A stretch of 63,997 nucleotides of DNA, counting the filler, from Licmophora abbreviata (Eukaryota): assembly GCA_900291995.1 (NCBI GenBank). It is 11 parts of 11 records of this genome, joined end to end, with 100 filler letters (N's around TTAATTAATTAA, not from the genome) between each part and the next. Parts side by side here need not be neighbours in the genome. Positions count along the whole stretch, not along the records: positions 52,685 to 62,773 come from OLMU01004242.1; positions 62,874 to 63,997 come from OLMU01004281.1; 9 more parts are not named here. The stretch is one strand, 5' to 3'. Both the position numbers and the translations under genes were made by a program. The notes beneath the pieces are model-generated. The model did not search any database. It saw only the letters and a program-made list of their open reading frames with translations, and had not been told where the DNA came from. This document shows, piece by piece, positions 55,231-63,997 of this stretch; the first letter of the stretch is position 1, and the number at the start of each line of letters is the position of its first letter.

Positions 55231-55519
55231 TTAATTTCGGCAGCTTCCACACTCGCGGCAACTCTGGATGGCCTCCTCGATAGCTTTACAAGGAGATCTG
55301 TTCTTAAGATTGACAGTCTCAATAGAGTCGAGACAGTTGTTACAGTCATCGATTCCAGATGTACTGGCTGAGTTTCGCCAGGCCTTGTGAGTAGCCCAAA
55401 TTTTCATCTGGGCAAAGCTCTGAAAACTCTGCGCTGCTGAATCCTTGGGCATGAGTCTTGTAAAGAATGAACATAGCTTGAGCTAAGAGCACAGAAGGCA
55501 CAGTGCCAGAATACTTCAT
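55231..55519 (-). CDS. Small secreted Cys-rich protein or pseudogene (frameshift at 55373-55375)
   Basis: Signal-like MKYSGTVPSVLLAQAMFILYKTHA, then C-x2-C motifs (DCNNCL, SCRECGSC) in the shifted frame. Confidence 0.35.
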
Positions 55520-55849
55520 GGTGGTAGCGCCTGGGCTTTTCTGCTTCTGTTTCTGTTGCACCTTTCACGCGTATGAGACTTTACTCTTCCGCTGTAGCTA
55601 AGCCATTCTCAACAAAGTTGGTAAAGACATTGGAGCAGCCTGACAGATGGGAGCACGACTCTTTTTAGTCGTGTGTGTCGTTTTCAAAATACACAAAAGA
55701 GCAAAAGAGGAACGCCCTGATTTCAGATTGTTGGCAGCCACTCAATTTTGTGACTGAAATTTTCTCCACCCACGCTTATCGCCGTCTCTCGTTTAGAACT
55801 ATATATCACAAACTCCGCTGTCAACAACAACCATAAACGAACGTCGACC

Positions 55850-58105
55850 ATGGCGAAGTACAAGCGGAACTACAAGGTCCGAAGCAACAATAGGGATGGA
55901 GAAGAAGAGGAGGAGATAAAGGCACTGGAGACGCGAATCTCCGACGAAGCTCCAAAGCGAGGTTCTGCGCCACCTCTGCACCAGCAGGTTTCGTTTCGCG
56001 CGTTGCCGCTCTCCGAGGCGACGCAGATTGGACTTGAACAGGCCAAGAAGCCTTTCAAGACCATGACGGCAATTCAGAATGCCTGCATTCCTCATGCACT
56101 GGCGGGGCGTGATATACTGGGGGCAGCGAGGACTGGCAGCGGCAAGACGTTGGCGTTTGTGATTCCACTCTTGGAATCCTTGTATCGAAATCGCTTCATT
56201 CCGACGGATGGAACCTGCGGCGGCATTTGTCTCAGTCCAACCAGAGAACTTGCAGGACAAATCTTTGAGGTAGTGCGTGCCGTCGGTGCCTATCACAACT
56301 TGTCGGTGGGTCTATTGGTGGGCGGTAAGAAAGAGTTCTATTTGGAACAACGGCACGTTGGCAGAACGAACATCTTGATTGCCACCCCGGGTCGTCTCTT
56401 GCAGCATCTGGAGCAAACGCCAGACTTGGATACATCATTCGTAAAGATGCTGGTCCTCGACGAGGCTGATCGTATCCTCGATATGGGATTTCGGGACCAG
56501 ATGATTCGCATCTTGGAGTACCTTCCACCGGGCAACGTAGGAGACGGAGGGCGCCAGACACTCTTGTTCTCTGCAACGCAAACTAAAAAGGTATCGGACT
56601 TGGCCGCACTTAGTCTTCACCAGCCAGAGTATCTAGGAGTACATGACAAAGAAAAGAGTGCCACACCCGAAAATCTGGCTCAGAGCATGATCGTGGTCCC
56701 CCTGGAGCACAAACTCAATGCAGTATACTCCTTCATCAAATCCCACTTGCGTACGAAGACCATTCTTTTCATGTCATCCTGCTCACAGGTAAGACATGCC
56801 TGGGAACTCTTCTGTGCTCTTCAACCTGGTACTCCTGTGATGGCCATTCACGGCAAGCTGCCGCAAGAGAAGCGGACAAAGGTCTACTACGATTTTCTTC
56901 GGAGACAACACGCTGTCCTCTTCAGCACTGACGTAGCCGCTCGTGGACTTGACTTTCCCGACGTCGACTGGGTCGTGCAAATTGATGCCCCGGAGGATAA
57001 GGACATGTACATTCATCGAGCCGGACGTACTGCACGATACAATGCCGGCGGAAAGAGCCTCCTCATGCTGACTCCGGGCGAGGAGAAGGGCATGACAAAA
57101 CAACTGCAAAACGCAAAAGTCCCCATTCGAAAGCTGAGTATCAACCCGACGAAGACAGTTTTGGTAACTCAACGAGCCGCTTCAATGGTGGCCGCGAACG
57201 CCCATCTGAATACATTGGCGAAGAAGGCCTTCAAAAGTTATATTCGATCTGTGAACCTTATGCCGAACAAGGATGTTTTTAAAGTCGAGGATCTCCCATT
57301 GGAGGAATTCGCGTCTTCCTTGGGTCTGGCAGGGGCGCCGAATGTTCGGTTCCTAAAGAAAATCAAGGATAGATCTGACCTTCGAGAAAAGAAAAACGTA
57401 AACCGCAAATTGAACAAGCTAAAAGAGCAGATCAAAGCCGAGAAACTTGCCAAGAAGATTGCGGAGACGGGTGGGAAGCGACCTCGACCGCTGGACCAGG
57501 ATGCTGGCCTTGATGACAATGACAACGACCTTTTGGTGGTCAAGACACACTATGAATGGGGAAAGCAGGGCGACGAAACGGAAGATGATCTTCCGGACCC
57601 TCACCTCCACGAAGTTACGAAATCGCGACATTCAAAGAAGATTCGTATCGAGGGCGGAACCGGGGAGAACAAGCGTGTCATCTTCAACGACGACGGGAAC
57701 GAGGAGGATATGGCCGCTATGCTGAAACAGGACAGTGCTGAAATTGCTGAAACTATACGGAAAGACCGTGTAACACTTGAGGATGCGAATGAAGACTACA
57801 TGCGGAAGGTTCGCGAGCGTTTGAGCCGAAGCCTTCGCGAGGATAGATCTGAGGAGCAGGAGCGAGTTCGAGACAAGCATAGAAAGTTACGAATGAGAGA
57901 CAAGGTAGAAAAAACCGATACTGTTGGGGGCGAAGGAACGACGGTTATTCTTGGAAGTACCCAAAATGGGTCGTCCGAGCATCGATCAGATTCCTCCGAC
58001 TCTTCGAGCCAGTCAATGTCAGACCAAGACAGCGACGACGAGCAGGAAATCGACATCCAGACTCAAGAAGAGCTGGCCCTCGCAATGATTCGCAAGAGTA
58101 GCTAG
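55850..58105 (+). CDS. DBP4: DEAD-box RNA helicase Dbp4/DDX10
   Basis: MTAIQ, ARTGSGKT, SPTRELA, TPGRLL, DEAD, SAT, TDVAARGLDFP, YIHRAGRTARY, AKKAFKSYIRS. Confidence 0.93.
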   Translation: MAKYKRNYKVRSNNRDGEEEEEIKALETRISDEAPKRGSAPPLHQQVSFRALPLSEATQIGLEQAKKPFKTMTAIQNACIPHALAGRDILGAARTGSGKTLAFVIPLLESLYRNRFIPTDGTCGGICLSPTRELAGQIFEVVRAVGAYHNLSVGLLVGGKKEFYLEQRHVGRTNILIATPGRLLQHLEQTPDLDTSFVKMLVLDEADRILDMGFRDQMIRILEYLPPGNVGDGGRQTLLFSATQTKKVSDLAALSLHQPEYLGVHDKEKSATPENLAQSMIVVPLEHKLNAVYSFIKSHLRTKTILFMSSCSQVRHAWELFCALQPGTPVMAIHGKLPQEKRTKVYYDFLRRQHAVLFSTDVAARGLDFPDVDWVVQIDAPEDKDMYIHRAGRTARYNAGGKSLLMLTPGEEKGMTKQLQNAKVPIRKLSINPTKTVLVTQRAASMVAANAHLNTLAKKAFKSYIRSVNLMPNKDVFKVEDLPLEEFASSLGLAGAPNVRFLKKIKDRSDLREKKNVNRKLNKLKEQIKAEKLAKKIAETGGKRPRPLDQDAGLDDNDNDLLVVKTHYEWGKQGDETEDDLPDPHLHEVTKSRHSKKIRIEGGTGENKRVIFNDDGNEEDMAAMLKQDSAEIAETIRKDRVTLEDANEDYMRKVRERLSRSLREDRSEEQERVRDKHRKLRMRDKVEKTDTVGGEGTTVILGSTQNGSSEHRSDSSDSSSQSMSDQDSDDEQEIDIQTQEELALAMIRKSS

Positions 58106-58300
58106 CAATGAGAATGGTACGAGGATTAGAATAGCGATGCCCCAATACCAAGCCAACGGAAGACTCGCGAAAAACCATATCGATAATGATGGCCACCGAG
58201 ATAAGCGAAGAGCTTCCAGTCACGCGAAACGACCTACCCTTGAAGGACAATGGTGCCTTAACTCTGCTATAAACGTAGAATTCGGAAGAAAAGCATCCTA

Positions 58301-59959
58301 CTACTCTTGAATTCGGCGAACCTTTGTCCGGCCCTCGTTAGAAGCCTGTCTCATTTTCCATTCTTGGCTCTTCGTTACCTGATAGCGCTTGTGAGCCATC
58401 TTTCTCGCCCGCTCCAAGTGATTCGGAATACGTCTCCCTTCTGCTGAACCTCTCTTAACCGCAAGGACCCACGCAAGCAAGCCCCCGATGTTTACCGGAA
58501 AGACCGACTGACAGGGCATCTCCCATATCTCTGGTTGTGCCTCATTGAGCTGTTCCAATGCGTCTATCACTGCCCGAAACGAGCCGCACAACAAGATCAT
58601 CCGACCAGAGACGGGTAACAACACTCGACCAACTTCTCCTAACAAGAGAGGCAGCAGTGTACCGAGCTTGTTTGACGACAGACATTGCTGTCCAAACGGC
58701 AAATCGGACACGACGACATCCACTGAGCTCGATCGCAGCGGCAAACAGGTGGCATCCCATGCCACCAAGTCCCCGGCACACCTCTGCCTTCGTACTTGCC
58801 TGATGTATCTCGCTGCGGCGGGACCCAGCCCCTCGGGAGTCAGCACCACGTCTCCTCCAAACGCCACGCTCGGACACTCCATTGGGATTGTGCCAACGCC
58901 AGCGCATGGATCAAGCACAACGTCACCCGGTTGTATTCCGGCAACGTGCAACAGAAGTTGTGCATTCGTGGGTCGTAGTCGTACCATGCTCCCTCCCAAG
59001 GTCTGTCCTGACAAGTGTGGTGGTGTCACGTCGGGTGGAATGCAACCGTCCGCCCAGGATTTTGCTCCCAACCGTTGGTAAGGTCGCAGGGCAAGTCCCA
59101 CGGCCAGACTGTTCGACTGTACAAACAGTACAATTTCCACATCGTACTTGGTCATGTCTACAGTCCAAAGCTGGGTGTGCTCCAATGGAACCAAGGTGTC
59201 TACCAAGGGAACTACAAGCTGTTGCCGTGAGTATGCGTATTGTTTCGTGTATACCCGCATGCAGCTCACTCGGTACTTGAGCGACGAGTCGCCGTTGACC
59301 TTTTGGTTAAGCTCCTCTTGTTCGGATGAAGTTAAGCCCCAAGAGCAACAGGCATGTTCTTTCCATAGGTGTAATGCTTTCTGAAACGGATAAGGCCGCG
59401 ACTTGAGCAGTTTCTGAATGTGCGCCGTCACGTCCTCTCGCGATTGTTCCTTGCCTATTCGTACATGCTCGTCCAAAACCTGCACACTTGCTACTAGAGG
59501 TCCCACAAAGCGTAGATGGTTCGCCACAAAGTCCACTGGAGCATTCGTGGTGAATCGTACCCAGACAGACGAATCTCCCCCGCAGGACCAGATACGCCTT
59601 GTTGCTGCTGGTCGTTCATCGCCATCAGCGCAGTGAGAAGCACGATGATGGTATCCGACACTCCTAAATTTGTTGATTTCAGGAAGATTGACGGATCCGG
59701 TGAGTAGATGTGGCGAGCACACTGGTTCAGGCGATCTCTTTCTGGCGTTCTTTTGAGCGAGGAGACTGGATATCGTTTCTAAATACGCTCTGTCTTCGGT
59801 AGGATCCAGTTCGCCGACCCAAATCACCTCCACATCGTAGTTGTTGCTCCCAGCAGCTTTCTGAATTTGTGACCTCAGACATTCCTCAAACGCATAATGA
59901 AGTCCTCTAGGTACCAATGTAAAGTAGTCATCGTGGGAGCGTGATGTCGCCGTTGTCAT
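58301..59959 (-). CDS. THUMP-domain RNA guanine methyltransferase (THUMPD2/3-like)
   Basis: YRVSCMR, WTVDMTKYD, LRPTNA, VLDPCAGVGTIPME, WDA..LPL, VVSDLPFG. Confidence 0.8.
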   Translation of the reverse strand: MTTATSRSHDDYFTLVPRGLHYAFEECLRSQIQKAAGSNNYDVEVIWVGELDPTEDRAYLETISSLLAQKNARKRSPEPVCSPHLLTGSVNLPEINKFRSVGYHHRASHCADGDERPAATRRIWSCGGDSSVWVRFTTNAPVDFVANHLRFVGPLVASVQVLDEHVRIGKEQSREDVTAHIQKLLKSRPYPFQKALHLWKEHACCSWGLTSSEQEELNQKVNGDSSLKYRVSCMRVYTKQYAYSRQQLVVPLVDTLVPLEHTQLWTVDMTKYDVEIVLFVQSNSLAVGLALRPYQRLGAKSWADGCIPPDVTPPHLSGQTLGGSMVRLRPTNAQLLLHVAGIQPGDVVLDPCAGVGTIPMECPSVAFGGDVVLTPEGLGPAAARYIRQVRRQRCAGDLVAWDATCLPLRSSSVDVVVSDLPFGQQCLSSNKLGTLLPLLLGEVGRVLLPVSGRMILLCGSFRAVIDALEQLNEAQPEIWEMPCQSVFPVNIGGLLAWVLAVKRGSAEGRRIPNHLERARKMAHKRYQVTKSQEWKMRQASNEGRTKVRRIQE

Positions 59960-60272
59960 GGTGTCGCCGTAAAAGTGTTACGGCGCGGGTCGAAGGCGGC
60001 GTCATGGTCGAGATCGCACATCGGGTCGAGACGAAGGCCAGACTCGAAAGACGATAGGACGGACGAAGGACGGACTACTCACTGCTTTGAACCATTCGAC
60101 TAAACCTATTCGACCCGTTCGACTCAGACCGATTTCTTCTGGATGCTTCCTTCATTTTCGAGGCATCGACACAGCAAGGACGCCAGGACCTTGACGCGGA
60201 CGATCATTGTAATTGCGAGCCTTCTCGTTGCTAGTTTATCCTTTGTTTAAATCGAAATTACACGTACATACA

Positions 60273-61870
60273 ATGAGTGCAGGAGAGTGCCAGACGCGGA
60301 ACCGCAGCGATTACGATGAGGTAAGAATCGTAAATTTTGTCCGCTTAGCTCGTGTCACACACTCTGGTGCTGCTGTGCCGCGTGGTCGTTGTCTTTCGGG
60401 GAGCTCCTGTCTCGATTCGTTGTTATTCCAATCAGCCTGTCTCATCAGTAGTCTGTTCTCTCCCCAGGACGAGAAAGAGGACGCCCCCGCTCCTCTCGAT
60501 GAAGGAGATATCGCCTTGCTCAAGAGCTACGGTCTGGGACCGTACACGAACTCCATCAAACAGCTCGAAGAGGAAATCAAGAAGCACCAAGAGACTGTCA
60601 AGGATCTTATTGGAATCAAGGAGAGTGATACTGGATTAAGTCAGCCGTCTCAGTGGGATCTTGTTGGCGACAAGCAAATGATGAGCGAAGAAGCTCCGCT
60701 CCAAGTCGCACGGTGTACCAAGATCATTGCTGGAGACGGTGACGAGGCTTCCTCGTCGACGCCTGCGACCAATACGAGCAATGCGGCAGGGAACAAGTAT
60801 GTTATTAACGTCAAGCAGATTGCTAAGTTTGTCGTTGGGTTGGGTGAAAAGGTCGCTCCGACCGACATTGAAGAAGGTATGCGTGTTGGAGTCGATCGAT
60901 CCAAGTACAGCATCCAGATCCCCCTTCCTCCAAAAATTGATCCCACGGTCAGTCTCATGACGGTGGAAGACAAGCCAGATGTAACCTACGACGATGTCGG
61001 TGGTGCCAAGGATGCCATGGAGAAACTACGGGAAGTATTGGAGACTCCACTACTGCACCCCGAGCGCTTCGTCACTCTCGGTATTGATCCTCCCAAGGGT
61101 ATCTTGCTTTACGGTCCTCCCGGGACTGGGAAAACCTTGAGTGCTCGTGCAGTCGCGAATCGAACGGATGCCTGCTTCATTCGAGTGATTGGATCCGAGC
61201 TGGTTCAGAAATACGTCGGGGAAGGAGCTCGAATGGTGCGAGAGCTCTTCACCATGGCTCGATCCAAACGAGCTTGCATTGTCTTTTTCGACGAGATTGA
61301 TGCGATTGGAGGAGCCCGTTCGGGCGGCGACGAGAATGGAAGCGATAATGAAGTTCAGCGTACCATGTTGCAGATTGTTACGGAACTGGATGGATTTGAC
61401 GCTCGCGGAAACATCAAAGTATTGTATGTGACTCGTCGGGTGTTCACCGTTCTAGTGTTTCGAGACGCATTTCTGTCTGCTAACATCCGGAAACGTCTGT
61501 TTGCTTATATTTCGAATACAGGATGGCGACAAACAGACCTGATACGCTTGACCCTGCCTTGCTCCGTCCCGGTCGACTTGACCGCAAGGTGGAATTCGGT
61601 CTTCCCGACTTGGAGGGACGGGGTCACATTCTGAAGATTCACAGCAAGCGCATGAACTGTGATCGGGACATTCGTTTCGAGCTCATTGCGCGTCTGTGCC
61701 CCAACACAACCGGTGCCGAGCTGCACAGTGTTTGTACCGAAGCCGGCATGTTTTCGATTCGAGCGAGACGCAAGTCCGTGTCGGAGAAGGATTTCTTGGA
61801 TTCGGTCAACAAAGTCGTCAAGGGATACAAAAAGTTCAGCTCCACGCCCAAGTACATGGTGTACAACTAG
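60273..61870 (+). CDS. RPT1: 26S proteasome regulatory ATPase RPT1 (PSMC2); introns 60321-60467 and 61424-61521
   Basis: [67 protein letters not shown]. Confidence 0.97.
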
Positions 61871-61891
61871 TCAGTTGGATAAAATCACTTT

Positions 61892-62437
61892 CTAAAACAT
61901 ATCTTCTTCTACTCCTCGTAAGTATTCACCAATATCGGCTTGATGCAGCACAACGTTCCCAGTAGGCTCCAGGCTTTGACAGTGTTCTGTACTTTGCGCC
62001 GCAACCCCGAATCCCAGCGGCACATCATTCATACTGTATACCACCACACCAGCATACTGCGGTGTAGCTTCTGTCATGCGTGCAAGTCCACTCTTGGAGA
62101 CATGATTGCCATACAGAAAACTCATTTCCGAACTCGGCTTGACCCAGACCTTGTATTTGGCGTACTGTGACAAGTACTCGAGCGCGGTAATGTGCAGACG
62201 GAACTTGCCACTCTTTGTAAACTTCCCTAAGCACGTGCCCATATGCAGTAAGTTATCTTTGGCAACGGACGTGGCTGCTTTCATGAGTGATTCACTGACA
62301 TAGTAGACTCTATCTTTGAGTAATCGAAAGCAGTGTCGTTCGTCGCTTCGATTGATGAGCTGCTCGATTGACTTGCCAATGTATTCAGATAGCTTGAGAA
62401 ACAGAGTTTTAGTCTCCTCTTCCGTCAGTGGTCTCAT
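61892..62437 (-). CDS. NIP7: 60S ribosome biogenesis protein NIP7
   Basis: [50 protein letters not shown]. Confidence 0.95.
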   Translation of the reverse strand: MRPLTEEETKTLFLKLSEYIGKSIEQLINRSDERHCFRLLKDRVYYVSESLMKAATSVAKDNLLHMGTCLGKFTKSGKFRLHITALEYLSQYAKYKVWVKPSSEMSFLYGNHVSKSGLARMTEATPQYAGVVVYSMNDVPLGFGVAAQSTEHCQSLEPTGNVVLHQADIGEYLRGVEEDMF

Positions 62438-62657
62438 TTTGTCTATGTCTGTCTCGTTTGGGCCTGTTGATGCTGTTTTCTCTGCTTCAGTATGCCATGG
62501 GACAGCAGCATCAACCAACAATGAAGTGGGATGGTCGCGAGGTGGAAAATGAATGGCGGGAAATCGAACATTTTGCGCGCCCGTCCTGCCTTCGCCCGGT
62601 GATCCATGATGTCGGCGCCGCGCGGTCGGCGGCACATCATTCATCCACACGACGACG

Positions 62658-62773
62658 ATGGCGGAGGACGATTTGGATGCTTTTTTTGACGAAGGTCTCG
62701 GCTGCAGAGGCCCAGGTGGCTGTGGAGGATGACAATGAAACGAAACTAGATGCGACAAGTCCCAACGACGAAG
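62658..62773 (+). CDS. Start of an acidic hypothetical protein (runs into gap; one-base indel near 62693)
   Basis: [27 protein letters not shown] after removing one base. Confidence 0.35.
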
Positions 62774-62873
62774 NNNNNNNNNNNNNNNNNNNNNNNNNNN
62801 NNNNNNNNNNNNNNNNNTTAATTAATTAANNNNNNNNNNNNNNNNNNNNNNNNNNNNNNNNNNNNNNNNNNNN

Positions 62874-63997
62874 CATGCCGGCCATGCGACGCGTTCGGAC
62901 TTGGATCCGACTCTTGGGCGTCAGCTAAACGAGTACGGAGTTTACAGTACGCACTTTTCTTTTGCTCCGGGCGTGGGTCTACCTGGCCGTGTCTATGCTC
63001 AGGGAGCGTCGTCGTGGGAAACGGGCATCCACGAGGCCGATCCAAAGATCTTTGAACGCGCTGGAGGAGCCAAGGTGTATGGAATCAAGACGGCGATGGG
63101 TATTGCGGTAGAGGCACCAGGCATTGGTCGCATTGTCGTTTCCATGTATGGCATCGACGAGACAGAAGAAGACTCTGCCATCAAGCAGCTCATCACGAAA
63201 GAAATAACCAAATGGACACCCGAACCCAAGTGGAAGCTGGTGATTGATTTGGGAAGCTCCACCCCGTCCGAGGCTCTGGCTGCAGAGGAGCCAGGACATT
63301 CCTCTCAGCAGCTGATGCATTTCTCGCATTCAGAACAGCCTAGTGCAACGGCTTCTATCCCTACTCCTGCGACAGCTGCCGCTCTAAACACGCAGCTCGT
63401 CAAGACCAAGTTGGCGCATTACTCCCACAGGCCGCGGGCTTCGTCGGCGGGGCCGGAAGTATACTCGTCGAAGCAAATCGCTTCTTCTGTTCAGAAGCAG
63501 GCCTCGATTGTTGTACCCAAGACCCAAGTCGCTGAAGACATAGTCCAGGAGATTGCTTCCTTGTTGGGCGATCACATGCCAGTCGGCGTTGGTGGCGTTG
63601 CCAACCAAGAGCTGGTTCCGCACTTCATGTCGCTGCGCCTCTTGTTGCTGCGTTCCGAGAATCGTCGCTCGGCAGAGGAGAACGAACTTATTGAGATCGT
63701 CAAGAAAAGTTATCAGGGATACTCGAAGGACAACAAGCGTTGTGGCTCCGAACTGGCGTGTCTCATTGCCAAGGACTGGATGTATCTAAATCCGGCCAAG
63801 CCGAATAACTCCTTACAGCAGTATCAGTCACACGTGATGGCTCCTACTGTTGACAGCATGGTGAGCTCAGGCGCTCCATCCGTGATGCCTGCGTCGCTCG
63901 GGAATCACTCCACGACGCACCAGCTGCAAGCGAACCCGATTTCCTTTTCTTCGCTCGGTCCACTTGAGCAACAGAAGGCTCAAGGACGAGGCCGTTC
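62874..63997 (+). CDS. Partial protein with GAF-like (NIN-like-protein type) domain; open at both ends
   Basis: Reading frame missed by the ORF track: YGVYSTHFSFAPGVGLPGRVYAQGASSWE..FERAGGAKVYGIKTAMGI. Confidence 0.65.

Noticed and set aside
60321..60467. In-frame 49-aa insertion in RPT1
   Set aside because: Has a canonical GTAAGA donor and polypyrimidine-CAG acceptor; an ordinary intron that happens to lack stops

Overview
Eukaryotic, gene-dense window (about 37 genes or gene fragments) from a draft genome that looks like a diatom or another photosynthetic stramenopile. The evidence is short GT-AG introns, many ASAF-type bipartite plastid presequences, an Lhc/FCP antenna gene and DUF6824. 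Ten 100-bp scaffold spacers (N-run/TTAATTAATTAA/N-run) interrupt the sequence. Several genes carry single-base indels in homopolymer runs, probably sequencing errors. Recognisable housekeeping genes include BRCA2-like, PRI2, CDC48, RPT1, NIP7, DBP4/DDX10, eIF2B-gamma, TFB5, a DHHC palmitoyltransferase, a phosducin-like protein, two O-fucosyltransferases and two choline-transporter-like genes. The most notable locus is 52983-54899: an intronless triple fusion of a BtuF-like cobalamin/metal-binding domain, a DUF5522 Cys knuckle and a bacterial-type Dph6-like PP-loop ligase, a candidate corrinoid (B12) salvage or repair enzyme. Other oddities are a voltage-sensor/IQ-motif adenylate cyclase with substituted catalytic residues, an Lhcx-like protein with a histone-H1-like Lys/Ala tail, a plastid-targeted single-domain NSF-like ATPase and a small plastid protein made of two 50-aa repeats. 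All family calls come from motif recognition by eye; no database searches were run.
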